A stretch of 64,000 nucleotides of DNA from Candidatus Pacearchaeota archaeon (lineage in GTDB: Archaea > Nanobdellota > Nanobdellia > Pacearchaeales > GW2011-AR1). A program made the translations under genes and the position numbers. The first letter of the stretch is position 1. Every line of letters begins with the position of its first letter. The stretch spans positions 325,386-389,385 of the forward strand of contig JBBACR010000001.1 of NCBI GenBank assembly GCA_041656875.1. The letters run 5' to 3'. Below the pieces are notes generated by a model, which saw only the letters and a list, made by a program, of their open reading frames with translations, had not been told where the DNA came from and did no database searches. Below, one piece after another: positions 1-9,568 of this stretch.

Positions 1-577
1 ATCTTTCGTATGGAATTTCTTCATATAATTTTGAATCATCGTTATTGAAAATATAGCATGTTATCTTTCCTGTTTTGAGATTCTTAATTATCTTATAGCA
101 AAAAGCAGGAACTATTATGTTGTCTTTTTGTTCAAAAGAAAACCCGCCACAAATTATTAATAGCGAATCGTTTTGTGACTGTTTACGAACCTTTGTTTCA
201 ATAGTTTTCCAGTGTCCTCTATTGCATTCAACAGTTTGAGGTAATGCATTATAAAATCTGAACGTTTCTTCTTCATATTGACAGTTATATGCAAAATCTT
301 CTGCGTTTGCCATATGACCTATGTCATAACCTGAATGCGAATAATTTTTATTTGACTGTCCTGTTTTAATGCCATCTGTTTTAAATGTGAAATGTTCATC
401 TGCTCTACTGCATGTTCCACCGCCATGATATAATTTGTAAACAACAAACAAGGGATTTTTTGCATCATAACTGAAGTAACTTTTATAAATATCAGTAGTT
501 ATAACGGTATCAACTTTTTGACCGAATGATGATAATGTTATAAAAGCAAACATTAAAATTAAAAGAATCTTTTTCAT
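1..577 (-). CDS. Secreted DNA/RNA non-specific endonuclease (NucA/EndA-like), runs off window edge
   Basis: Not in ORF track; manual translation from ATG at 577: MKKILLILMFAFITLSSFGQ signal peptide, YSHSGYDIGHM (DRGH-type motif), NALPQ..CNRGHWK.IE, VPAFCYKII. Confidence 0.85.
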   Translation of the reverse strand, partial: MKKILLILMFAFITLSSFGQKVDTVITTDIYKSYFSYDAKNPLFVVYKLYHGGGTCSRADEHFTFKTDGIKTGQSNKNYSHSGYDIGHMANAEDFAYNCQYEEETFRFYNALPQTVECNRGHWKTIETKVRKQSQNDSLLIICGGFSFEQKDNIIVPAFCYKIIKNLKTGKITCYIFNNDDSKLYEEIPYER

Positions 578-584
578 ATAGTAA

Positions 585-1067
585 TTATTTTCGTGTTATC
601 ATTGACTCCAACTTGAATCCAATGCAATATCTTTTAGGTTTTTCGACAATAAGATTCGATACTTTACGTTTTTTACTTTGCGGAATAGAAACAACAGCTT
701 TAATTTTCATGTTAAATCGTTGCTCAAATTCAAATACAAGAATTGAATCGTTTTGCGAATTATCGTATATTACATTATTTGTTCCGTATTCATATAATCT
801 TAATATAGGCATATATTCATAACTTGAGCATATGCTCATTCTATAATCTCTGCCAGAAAAAATGTCAAATACTGTTTCAAGTATTTCAACATCTGAAATA
901 TTCGCACTTTTACTTACGCCTTGTCCTTTATCGTTCACAACCAATTGATAACTGTCATGATAATTATTTACAGTATCATTATGGCATGTATTCCAATATC
1001 CGTTGCAATCTTGAGATTTTAAATTTAAAGACAAAAACAAAAGAACGAATAATAGAATGTATCTCAT
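585..1067 (-). CDS. Hypothetical exported protein
   Basis: 160 aa, N-terminal signal peptide MRYILLFVLLFLSLNLKSQ. Confidence 0.7.
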   Translation of the reverse strand: MRYILLFVLLFLSLNLKSQDCNGYWNTCHNDTVNNYHDSYQLVVNDKGQGVSKSANISDVEILETVFDIFSGRDYRMSICSSYEYMPILRLYEYGTNNVIYDNSQNDSILVFEFEQRFNMKIKAVVSIPQSKKRKVSNLIVEKPKRYCIGFKLESMITRK

Positions 1068-1471
1068 ATTTTAAATATTTTTAAAGGTTTTTTTGTTTTT
1101 TTAGCATATTTTATACTATCATTTGTACCTGATGATACGCCATCCCAAAAAGCAATAACAATATGGGCATTATCAACAATATCTTTATTTCTTCGCATTC
1201 CTGCATTTGCATCATATTGTTTACCCCACTTGTTGATTAATATTCTTGCATTTGGATGTGATAAATCATCCCAAGATGGTATGAAAATTAATGTTTCTAA
1301 CGAATTTTCATTAGCCCATTTTTCACCCAATTTGTCTGCGCCGTTTGCGCCACCTGATACTACTGTTATTTTATGATCTTTATAATATTCTTTTAAAGTG
1401 TTCATGACACTTTTCAATTTATCATAATCATTAAAAGATCTTGAACCAACAATAGCAATTTTAAGATTCAT
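1064..1471 (-). CDS. SLOG-family (YspA/DUF2493-like) protein
   Basis: IAIVGSRSF, VSGGANGAD, AGMRRN..IV, IAFWDG.S.GT motifs. Confidence 0.85.
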   Translation of the reverse strand: MNLKIAIVGSRSFNDYDKLKSVMNTLKEYYKDHKITVVSGGANGADKLGEKWANENSLETLIFIPSWDDLSHPNARILINKWGKQYDANAGMRRNKDIVDNAHIVIAFWDGVSSGTNDSIKYAKKTKKPLKIFKI

Positions 1472-1500
1472 ACAGTCAATACTAAAATTTATTTATATAT

Positions 1501-1525
1501 TATATACAAGAAAAGCAAATAGTTT
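1501..1525 (-). promoter_or_regulatory. Class II promoter AAACT-N12-TGTATATA
   Basis: One of 8 copies with exact 12-nt spacing, upstream of the 1471 start. Confidence 0.7.
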
Positions 1526-1536
1526 CCTACTTGCTT
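1511..1536 (-). terminator. Rho-independent terminator overlapping the class II promoter
   Basis: Minus-strand hairpin AAGCAAGTAG-GAAA-CTATTTGCTT followed by a T-rich tail, downstream of 1562..2575. Confidence 0.55.
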
Positions 1537-1561
1537 ATCAGTTATTTGAATTTATATTTCG

Positions 1562-2575
1562 TTATTCCTTGTGAAACATGTAGTTTTCGCTTTTCGGCGT
1601 TGTGTCATTAAAATATCCAGTGTATTCTTTACCGCCGTACGTAAATGAATAATTCTTTCCAGTTTTTATTGATAAACTACGTGCAATGGATTTATCTAAA
1701 AGAAACGTATTATATTTTGACCATGGAAATACATATTTCGATAATTCAGATTCAGGACCATAATTTTCAGAAACAAACTCATCCCAAGTTGGTATTAGAT
1801 TTTTCTTAATTGGATTTGCTGATTCTTCTTTTGCAAATGGCTCTTTAAAATCAATTACACCTTTTTCTAAATCATCTATTGCACCCGGTGCTTTTGCAGG
1901 CTGTGGCATATAAACTCTGTCAGGTGCATCTTTAATTGGTTGATTTGATTTTCTCAACAATAAAACATTATTCCACATGTAATCTGCAAGTTCATCTTTA
2001 CTTTTTGTGTATGCATCCAAAACAGTTTCCGTTACGTTTTTCTTTACGTATGATTTAAACGCTTCTTCAGACATGTCATAAAGATTTGTTCCTTCAGGTG
2101 ACGACGTTGGTATTTTATTTGAATTTGCAGCAATTGCGAGTTGAATAATTTTTAATGCTTCAATAGGTTCAACATTTATTTTCATATCGTTAACAATAAC
2201 TCTAGTATTAGGATTAACAATATATGCTTCAACCCATCGGTGATGGCCATCAATAATGTACTTACCGTTTAATGTAACAACTGGTGAATTATTAATTGCA
2301 GCCGCACGGCCTTTAAGCATATCATGTAAACTATCTAAAGATTTACCTGCTAATGAATGCTTAATTGACGATTCAAGTAAAAGTTGTTTTTGACAAGGTA
2401 TTAAATTTCTTGCAACAACTTCGCCTGTTGTAAATTTTATCTTTTCGTCATCTGGAAAACCATCTTCACGTCCCGATTTGATTAAAGATTTAACTTTATC
2501 CTTTGCAGCGTCATCCATTAATTGTTTGACAAATCGAGTATATCCTAATTTTACGATATTAGATAAGTATGACAT
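1562..2575 (-). CDS. ParB/Srx-like domain protein with internal leader-like motif
   Basis: PVVT..YIIDGHHRW ParB-N motif; KKNLIPTWDEFVSE at 1766-1807 precedes a ~67 aa C-terminal segment. Confidence 0.7.
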   Translation of the reverse strand: MSYLSNIVKLGYTRFVKQLMDDAAKDKVKSLIKSGREDGFPDDEKIKFTTGEVVARNLIPCQKQLLLESSIKHSLAGKSLDSLHDMLKGRAAAINNSPVVTLNGKYIIDGHHRWVEAYIVNPNTRVIVNDMKINVEPIEALKIIQLAIAANSNKIPTSSPEGTNLYDMSEEAFKSYVKKNVTETVLDAYTKSKDELADYMWNNVLLLRKSNQPIKDAPDRVYMPQPAKAPGAIDDLEKGVIDFKEPFAKEESANPIKKNLIPTWDEFVSENYGPESELSKYVFPWSKYNTFLLDKSIARSLSIKTGKNYSFTYGGKEYTGYFNDTTPKSENYMFHKE

Positions 2576-2587
2576 TAATTTTATTTT

Positions 2588-2869
2588 TTAAGCTTTTTCA
2601 AATCTCGATGAATTTAAAGAACGAATATCTTTTGAACTATCTTCAATTGCGTATACTCGTAAGTTACTTCCATCATATCCATCTGCAATAAAAATCTGTC
2701 CAATTGGGTATTTCTTAAATCCTGCAATTGCGGAACCTAACATTGTATGCTCACTTTTTTGGACTTCATTATATGCAGCATCTGTTAATTTTACTTTATC
2801 ACCTCTTTTAAAATTAGATGAATTTGATTCATTGATGAATTCTTCGATTGTAGGTATTCTTCTTTTCAT
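2588..2869 (-). CDS. RIP-leader protein, small SH3-like body
   Basis: Start moved to ATG 2869: MKRRIPTIEEFINE; FKRGDKVKL. Confidence 0.75.
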   Translation of the reverse strand: MKRRIPTIEEFINESNSSNFKRGDKVKLTDAAYNEVQKSEHTMLGSAIAGFKKYPIGQIFIADGYDGSNLRVYAIEDSSKDIRSLNSSRFEKA

Positions 2870-2870
2870 A

Positions 2871-3152
2871 TTATTCGCCTGTAACGTCTGACCACGTGTA
2901 TATGTTATTTGCATTTTTCGTTATTGATAAAATGACAGTCTCATCTTTTTCAAGTTTTCTTTCAAGCCATTCGATAATTCCTTTGCCATTTGTTATGCTT
3001 GTAATTGTCGATTCTTCAACTTTTGGCGCAGGTGCTGTTTCAGCTTCCTCATCTGTTGTTATGAATGCATCAAACGTTTTGAATTTTTCTTCTTGATTTT
3101 CTTGTTCGTTTGGAACTTCTGAATTGATTAATTCTTTAAAATCTTTTATCAT
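2871..3152 (-). CDS. Acidic protein with degenerate T4-type leader
   Basis: MIKDFKELINSE and internal KFKTFDAFI; lies within a leader-gene cluster. Confidence 0.65.
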   Translation of the reverse strand: MIKDFKELINSEVPNEQENQEEKFKTFDAFITTDEEAETAPAPKVEESTITSITNGKGIIEWLERKLEKDETVILSITKNANNIYTWSDVTGE

Positions 3153-3159
3153 GATTACT

Positions 3160-3840
3160 TTATTTTGTTAAGCTTGCGTATAATGCAGCATAGTGTTCTG
3201 CTTTTTGTTTTATTTCAGCAATACGAGTTTTCATTCTGGCTTGGTCAATTTCTTGTACGCCATTGCTAATCCAATCTGTTGTTTTTGCCTTTGTTTTTGC
3301 AATTTCTTCTGTTGGCGCTTGCACAAATTCAACAGTTCCGCCATAACCCCAACCTTTATATGGGTCAGTGTATATAAATACTTCAAACCATTTATCTTTG
3401 AATGCTTCTGGCATTTTTTCATACATATAAGATTCGATATCATTCCATCCTATCCATTTGCCATTATCATATTCCAAATCAACACTTGTTCCTGCAATTC
3501 TATCAGTTGTAATAACTTTTATATCATTATTGCTATCTATATAAAATGTATATTTGCCATTAAATGAAGAAGGACCCCATTGTCTGTCTAGTGCTTTCGT
3601 GTAACTTTTCGATTGCAAAATTTCTGAAAACCATCCATGGCCTTTTGCTTCATTTGATACAAATTTTTTAATGATATCATATGTATCAGGACCAAATTTT
3701 ATAGGACTTAATCCTTTTAAAATTTTACTTAGATACTTTATAAGTGCATTATCGACATCGGTATTTCTTGCTTCATTTAATACATTAATTTTTTGATTTT
3801 CATTAATGTATTCTTCAATCGTTGGTATTCTTCTATTCAT
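3160..3840 (-). CDS. RIP-leader protein, unknown body
   Basis: MNRRIPTIEEYINENQKINVLNE. Confidence 0.8.
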   Translation of the reverse strand: MNRRIPTIEEYINENQKINVLNEARNTDVDNALIKYLSKILKGLSPIKFGPDTYDIIKKFVSNEAKGHGWFSEILQSKSYTKALDRQWGPSSFNGKYTFYIDSNNDIKVITTDRIAGTSVDLEYDNGKWIGWNDIESYMYEKMPEAFKDKWFEVFIYTDPYKGWGYGGTVEFVQAPTEEIAKTKAKTTDWISNGVQEIDQARMKTRIAEIKQKAEHYAALYASLTK

Positions 3841-3847
3841 ATAAAAC

Positions 3848-3865
3848 TTATTTTATTATATATTC
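3848..3865 (-). promoter_or_regulatory. Class III (late-type) promoter GAATATATAATAAAATAA
   Basis: Same motif precedes the other leader clusters (15563, 52949) and the endonuclease genes. Confidence 0.6.
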
Positions 3866-3876
3866 ACAAATAAAAC

Positions 3877-4611
3877 TTAAAATAATCCTTTTGCGCCTTT
3901 ATGATCTTTTTGAAAATAACAAAAAAGACATTTGTGTGCACATTGCGCTCTACTATTCAACAATTCAAATTTATTATCTAAACAATGACAAGTAGTTCGT
4001 TGGTATCCTGCTGGTTTTCCAGGTTCAACTCCAAGAATTTGACAATCCAATTCTGATATACAAGGTGTTGACGGTAATCCTTCTTCTGCACATAATGCTG
4101 GCATTTCAAATTCTCGCCATATTCTTTTTCTTATATCTAAAGGTAAATTGAAAGATGTGTATTTTAATTGAAAACCTTTTTCTTCAATTCTTTTTTGCGT
4201 ATGTGGATAGTTATCGTAAAACGATATTCTTACTCTACACATGTTTTCTTTAAGATTTGCTTTTGCCTCTTTCCACACATTTATCGAATTATACATATAA
4301 TTGGATATTGGCATTATCGGGTCAATTCTTAAAACAACACGTTGCGGACCTAATAATTCAACAAATTTATAAAGGTATTCTAAACTTTCTTTTGCGGATG
4401 GTGCATTAGGTTCTAAAGCAGTTCCACCATTTCCTGTTATTGTACAATGCACAATAATATTATAAGGTACATTAAGTTCGCTTATAATTTCATATATTTT
4501 TTTAGGGTTTTTAGATATAATGATTGCGGGATTCTTTTCAGATACCCATTTAATCCAACGATGGTCAAATGCAGCATCCCCATGTTCCGTAATTCCTATT
4601 TTTCTCGACAT
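3877..4611 (-). CDS. DUF1848-like / radical-SAM-related protein
   Basis: SKNP, TITG....LEPN, LRIDPI, C-terminal CAHKCLFCY. Confidence 0.7.
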   Translation of the reverse strand: MSRKIGITEHGDAAFDHRWIKWVSEKNPAIIISKNPKKIYEIISELNVPYNIIVHCTITGNGGTALEPNAPSAKESLEYLYKFVELLGPQRVVLRIDPIMPISNYMYNSINVWKEAKANLKENMCRVRISFYDNYPHTQKRIEEKGFQLKYTSFNLPLDIRKRIWREFEMPALCAEEGLPSTPCISELDCQILGVEPGKPAGYQRTTCHCLDNKFELLNSRAQCAHKCLFCYFQKDHKGAKGLF

Positions 4612-4654
4612 CTATAATTTTTGTTTTTTGTTATATATTCATATTTTTAAACTG

Positions 4655-4701
4655 AAAAACCTTGACTAATATCACTAAAAGCAATCGTAGTCAAGGTTTT
4701 T
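4655..4701. terminator. Inverted repeat terminator downstream of thyX
   Basis: AAAAACCTTGACTA ... TAGTCAAGGTTTTT, 14-bp perfect stem. Confidence 0.65.
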
Positions 4702-4733
4702 GATTATTTTAGAATCGCGATATCACGTATTCT

Positions 4734-5462
4734 TTAGAATGTGATATCATCAAAAATAATTGGAATTTGTTTTTTGAAATCCTCAAGTAACGGAATTGTC
4801 AATTCACGCATTTGTGGATGTGCTGCGGTAGAACAACGAAGTTTGAAAAAATGTCTCCATTCACGAAGATTGCATGCCATATTGATTTCTGTTTTTAATG
4901 AATTTGGCAATACCGCTCTTGCTTCTTGAGGTTTCCAACCACGTTTTAATAAAGATTGATATGAAATTTCAGCAGTTGCCATTGCATTTAAAAATACAAG
5001 TTCATTGTAATCTTTATCTGTAAATTCTTGTTCTTCGGGTATTTCTGCAAATTGTTTTGCAATAAGTTTACTGTCATGAATTCCTAATTGAATTTCATCA
5101 ACCCATGGCGGTAGTATAAATTGAATATCAGCACCATTTTTTTGTTCGTCAGAGTAATCAACATATCGTGTTGATTCTTGAGCAAAACTTGCAATACGAT
5201 GTCTTACTAGTTCGTGTGAAACACCACGATCACAAGTGAACTTAACAGATATCATTCCACCAAATTCAAGCATTGCTTCATGACCTTTTGAAAGCAGAAC
5301 ACCTTTGATTAATTTTCTAGCAGAAATAGCTTCACCATTTTCTCCATGTTCAATTCGACCTTCGGATTTATAACATGTGCGAGCAGCAACTTCAATTTGT
5401 TTTAGAATTTGTTCTCCATCTATTGGAGTAGTAATTGTGTAAGAAGGTTTTATTAATTTCAT
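4734..5462 (-). CDS. thyX: FAD-dependent thymidylate synthase
   Basis: ELVRHRIASFAQESTRY signature, ARAVLP, NLREWRHF.KLR..AHPQMR. Confidence 0.97.
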   Translation of the reverse strand: MKLIKPSYTITTPIDGEQILKQIEVAARTCYKSEGRIEHGENGEAISARKLIKGVLLSKGHEAMLEFGGMISVKFTCDRGVSHELVRHRIASFAQESTRYVDYSDEQKNGADIQFILPPWVDEIQLGIHDSKLIAKQFAEIPEEQEFTDKDYNELVFLNAMATAEISYQSLLKRGWKPQEARAVLPNSLKTEINMACNLREWRHFFKLRCSTAAHPQMRELTIPLLEDFKKQIPIIFDDITF

Positions 5463-5498
5463 AAAAATAAAAGGATTAATGTATAATATTTGTATACA

Positions 5499-5714
5499 TT
5501 AATCCTTAATAGTTTTAGGTAATTTTAATGAGTAATACGGATTATACTGATATGCAATTAACGGATATGCTAATTCGATATTTGCATATTTTGTAATGAT
5601 TCCTCTGTTTTTATTATATCTTTCAATCGTTAAATAGCCATTCATTATACCTTGGTATGTTCCACGACCAAGACATTTAATGTACTTCTTTTTTAATTTT
5701 CTAGGCAGTTTCAT
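5499..5714 (-). CDS. Hypothetical protein
   Basis: Likely start MKLPRKLKK, overlapping the upstream stop. Confidence 0.55.
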   Translation of the reverse strand: MKLPRKLKKKYIKCLGRGTYQGIMNGYLTIERYNKNRGIITKYANIELAYPLIAYQYNPYYSLKLPKTIKD

Positions 5715-5928
5715 TTTCGATTGAAATAGGAACAACTTCGATAAACTCAGGTGCCATATAAAGATGCATTAAAGTTCCGCATTCTCGCGAATCTAAACTG
5801 CAATATTTGTACTTCTTTTTGCCGTACCACGTACGATAAGGTATTTCAACCATAAAATCATGTACGTATTCAGATTGTCGAAGTATTTCTTCTTTTTCTG
5901 CTTCAGTACTTACCGTAATTTTTAACAT
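5701..5928 (-). CDS. Hypothetical protein
   Basis: 75 aa ORF in a tightly packed operon. Confidence 0.6.
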   Translation of the reverse strand: MLKITVSTEAEKEEILRQSEYVHDFMVEIPYRTWYGKKKYKYCSLDSRECGTLMHLYMAPEFIEVVPISIENETA

Positions 5929-6137
5929 GATATTCCTGTTGGCTTGTGAATTACTTTTATTGCTGTTACTTCGTACCGAGGATTTCTTTCGAAACGATCA
6001 TTTGATACATCACATTGAACAAACTCAATTGTTATTTCATTTACCGGTACTTTAAGATCTGCAGCAATTAATTCAGCTAATTGCTTCTTCTTAATTTCAT
6101 ACGTTTTTGTAACGTTTTCACCATTTATGATTCCCAT
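5922..6137 (-). CDS. Hypothetical protein
   Basis: 71 aa ORF in operon. Confidence 0.6.
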   Translation of the reverse strand: MGIINGENVTKTYEIKKKQLAELIAADLKVPVNEITIEFVQCDVSNDRFERNPRYEVTAIKVIHKPTGISC

Positions 6138-6138
6138 A

Positions 6139-6807
6139 TTACTTTGTATTATTTATATGAATGTCAACTACTTTTCTTTTAAATTGTCCAAGATTATATT
6201 TATCTTTATTGCCGGTGTATCCGCCATGTTTAAAACCTTTTTCTGTCCATATGAAAAAATCAGCAGGACCTTTTAAGCCTTTTTGAAAAATAACAACGTC
6301 ATTTTTAGTTGAACCTTGAGAAACAAATTTAATCGTGCAATTTTCTCCACCCCATGAAACTGTGTTAGGACATGCGTGTATAAGATTTTCAATTGAATGC
6401 TTAATATCAATTGGCAATTGCGTTATTTCGATATCTTGGTCGTATACGTTAATGTTATTTTGATATTCTTTTATTTTTGCTTCCCATTTTTTGTTTTTAT
6501 GCAAAATTTCTGGCAAGATATCATTTACAATATCAATTCCGGTTTTTTCACCAAGTTCGATATAAATACTTAATAAACATTGTAAAGCATCGGCCAATTC
6601 TTCCTTTAAGTGTTCTTTATCGTATGGCTTATAAGTATGTCCTAAGTACTTCAATGCTTCAGCTGTCATTTCACCAAATTCTTCATCGAACTTCATGAAC
6701 TTTGCTTCAATCGGTTTTGTTTCAAGTTTATTCAATCTTTCGATGTCATCAAGGATTACATGCAATTGCAATCCTAGTATTGTGTTTCTGTCGAGATTAT
6801 GATTCAT
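6139..6807 (-). CDS. MazG-like pyrophosphatase domain fused to a domain shared with the upstream gene
   Basis: KFDEEFGE....EELADAL MazG pattern; C-terminal GPADFF...GYTG domain. Confidence 0.75.
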   Translation of the reverse strand: MNHNLDRNTILGLQLHVILDDIERLNKLETKPIEAKFMKFDEEFGEMTAEALKYLGHTYKPYDKEHLKEELADALQCLLSIYIELGEKTGIDIVNDILPEILHKNKKWEAKIKEYQNNINVYDQDIEITQLPIDIKHSIENLIHACPNTVSWGGENCTIKFVSQGSTKNDVVIFQKGLKGPADFFIWTEKGFKHGGYTGNKDKYNLGQFKRKVVDIHINNTK

Positions 6808-7339
6808 GATATTTTATGTTATTTTTATTAACGTTATTAATATAATATGCAAGTTCAACAATTGTGTATGATTCTTTATATCCGGTGTATGCACCATGAT
6901 AAAATTTGCCTTCTTTGTAATAGAACCAATCAGCAGGTCCTCGTACGCCTGCCTCGAAAACAATGATATCGTCGTATGTTGGATTTCCGCTTACAAATTC
7001 AATCGTTTTATTTTTACCGCCTCTTGAAACCATGTCAGGATACATTGCGACCAATTCGTCAATCATACCATTTATTTCCTTTGGTAATTTTGAATCGTTT
7101 TCGCCAGATAAAAGAATCAAAAATGAATTAGTTTTTAATGGACATTCCTCAAAAATTTCGTGTTTGATTGTAGGTTCAACATTTGAATCGTTATGATAAG
7201 CAAGTAACTTAAAATAACTACCTTCATTTAACGTATCTTTATGATTACACGAAATTTGAAACATTGAGCCAGAACCTTTTATAAAATGCTTATAAACAAA
7301 CGGACAATTATGGCAGTTTGTTACTTTGATTTCTTCCAT
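6797..7339 (-). CDS. Cys-rich N-terminal domain plus GPAD domain
   Basis: NCHNCPF..C..CPL; C-terminal half homologous to 6139..6807. Confidence 0.7.
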   Translation of the reverse strand: MEEIKVTNCHNCPFVYKHFIKGSGSMFQISCNHKDTLNEGSYFKLLAYHNDSNVEPTIKHEIFEECPLKTNSFLILLSGENDSKLPKEINGMIDELVAMYPDMVSRGGKNKTIEFVSGNPTYDDIIVFEAGVRGPADWFYYKEGKFYHGAYTGYKESYTIVELAYYINNVNKNNIKYHES

Positions 7340-7340
7340 A

Positions 7341-9539
7341 TTATTTTTTTATAAATGATAATGTATTTCCGTTAACTATTGCAATATAATATCCAGCAGA
7401 TAAATTTTCAACATTAATTGATTCTTCATCTGTAATTTCTTTTTCTATTACAGAAACACCATTTGCACCTATAATTTTTACTTTAGATGTTCCTATATTT
7501 TTAATTTTAATATAATCAGTTGTAGGATTTGGATATATTGAAATTTCATTTGTAATAATACCAACGGCCGTAGTATCTCCAACCGATGTAGTATCTTCAA
7601 TTCCTGCTTGAATAATTATGATTGTTTTTGATACGTTGCCTACAGGTTTTACCTCATCTGCCGCATATACTGTGATTTTAGCAGTTCTCTTTGTTTTTGT
7701 CGTATTTGCGCTTGCGGTAAATGATATTGAGTTTTGATTGCCAACAGTAGTTACAGTTAACCATGTTTGGTCAGAATTTACTTGTATGTAACCTGCATTT
7801 GATATTGCATACAGATTTTTAAAATTCGATGAACTTGATAAGACAATTGTTGCTGTATCAATTGTTATAATAACATCAGCAGGTTCTTGGGTAACAATTA
7901 TTGAATCTTTTACATTTCCTGCCCAAACAGTAACCTTTGCATGTCGGGGTATTGACATTGGATTTGCTTGTGCAGTAAATGTAATTACAGAATTTGTGAT
8001 TGCTGCAGTTAACCATGGTTCTGATGAAATTGGATAAAGCGAAGTATTTGAAGTAACTGTTACTGTTGCAATACTGTTAGTATCTTTACCAATACTTATA
8101 GAATCTTTCAAAATTGTTATTGTGCCATTGCCTGGTTTTTGTATAATCGTTAATGTTTTAGATGCGGGAACTCCTTTAATTGAATAAAGAATATGTGCTG
8201 TAGCAGTTCGAGTGGTTACATTTGGGTTTTCTTCAATTGCTTTAAATTCAATTGTTCCATTTCCATTTGTTTGCAAATTACTTGTGGTTAACCAAGAATC
8301 ATTTGATTCAACAGTCCATGTTGCATTTGATGATACATTGAAAGATACCGTACTGTTTTTTGTGTAATCAATTGTTGCAGTCGTTGAAACAAGGTCAATA
8401 TATTCGATACCTGCAGGTTGTGTAATTGTTATGATTTGGTCAGCAATGCCGTTTCCTTTAATTGTAACTGTTGCAGTTCTGTCAATAAGTGTTGGATTTA
8501 CAGATGCAATCAAGTTAATAGTTGTTCCATTTGTTGTTAAACTTAACCATGTTTGGTCAGATGTAGCAGTCCATTGTACATTTGCATCAATTGTAACATT
8601 TGCTGTATTTACAATATTAATAGTATTTGATGTAACGGATATGTATGGACTTTCGCCTTCTTGCACAATTGTCAAAGTATCTGCTATTGTATCCGCATAA
8701 CTAGTTGAATTGGTAGTTAATTGTGTTGTTGCTATTACAATTTTTGCAGTTCTTTTTGATGTAGTATGATTTGCTGATAACGTATATGAAACTGTACCGC
8801 CATCCAATCCAGTTGAATTATTAATAGTTATCCATGGCGAATCTGATGTTGCTGTCCAATCGCCTTGTCCTGTAAATGTGTTATCATATGATGCAGAAGT
8901 ACTTGGCACTGTATCAACCGTTTTTGTCAATAATACGCCATTCATTTCAAATATGTACGTAGATGCGGGGATAGTTACCAAGTTTTTATACAATTGCAAT
9001 GAACCGAACGGAACATAATAACTGACAGTATATGTACTATACGTTAAATTTGTAGGAGGGACTTTCGAGAAAAGATAAATGAAACTCCTATTTGCTTTTG
9101 TTCCACACAACGTGAACATTGCATATGAACCGATTGACGTTACATTTTTTGGTATAGCTAACCATCTAAGCGATGTGCATTGATAAAATGCGTATTTTCC
9201 GATTGCTGTCAATGATTGCGGTAATTTAATCCAAGTAATGACAAACCGATAAAACGCACTGTCGGGGAGTGCATTATTTGCATAAATTTTAGTTCCACTG
9301 TTATATTCAACAATGTTAGCATTTGATAAATCAACTGTCTTTAATTGATTTTTCATTGTTGTCATGAACACAAAATCACGGTAATCAATAGGACCAGTTA
9401 CGATTAAATCGGTAACTGTTGTAGTAGTAAATTTCACTGACATTTCGCCAGCGGCAGTAGAGTTGTACGTTGAGTACACTTGGGCGTTTACTGCGATTGC
9501 AATAAAAAATCCCGTCAATAAAAGGAATAGTTTTTTCAT
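7341..9539 (-). CDS. T9SS-sorted surface protein: signal peptide, BspA-type LRR, multiple BACON domains, type A CTD
   Basis: LPQSLTAIGKYAFYQC..IPKNVTSIGSYA LRRs; five WTATSD.W(L/I)T...N.....R.A.I repeats; C-terminal ISIYPNPT...GYYI..V....FIKK. Confidence 0.9.
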   Translation of the reverse strand: MKKLFLLLTGFFIAIAVNAQVYSTYNSTAAGEMSVKFTTTTVTDLIVTGPIDYRDFVFMTTMKNQLKTVDLSNANIVEYNSGTKIYANNALPDSAFYRFVITWIKLPQSLTAIGKYAFYQCTSLRWLAIPKNVTSIGSYAMFTLCGTKANRSFIYLFSKVPPTNLTYSTYTVSYYVPFGSLQLYKNLVTIPASTYIFEMNGVLLTKTVDTVPSTSASYDNTFTGQGDWTATSDSPWITINNSTGLDGGTVSYTLSANHTTSKRTAKIVIATTQLTTNSTSYADTIADTLTIVQEGESPYISVTSNTINIVNTANVTIDANVQWTATSDQTWLSLTTNGTTINLIASVNPTLIDRTATVTIKGNGIADQIITITQPAGIEYIDLVSTTATIDYTKNSTVSFNVSSNATWTVESNDSWLTTSNLQTNGNGTIEFKAIEENPNVTTRTATAHILYSIKGVPASKTLTIIQKPGNGTITILKDSISIGKDTNSIATVTVTSNTSLYPISSEPWLTAAITNSVITFTAQANPMSIPRHAKVTVWAGNVKDSIIVTQEPADVIITIDTATIVLSSSSNFKNLYAISNAGYIQVNSDQTWLTVTTVGNQNSISFTASANTTKTKRTAKITVYAADEVKPVGNVSKTIIIIQAGIEDTTSVGDTTAVGIITNEISIYPNPTTDYIKIKNIGTSKVKIIGANGVSVIEKEITDEESINVENLSAGYYIAIVNGNTLSFIKK

Positions 9540-9568
9540 TTTGTTTAAGAATTGGTTAAATTATATGT

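Noticed and set aside
4612..4733. tRNA or structured ncRNA in the thyX downstream gap
   Set aside because: Only one hairpin and a promoter-like motif; no cloverleaf or T-loop signature recognised
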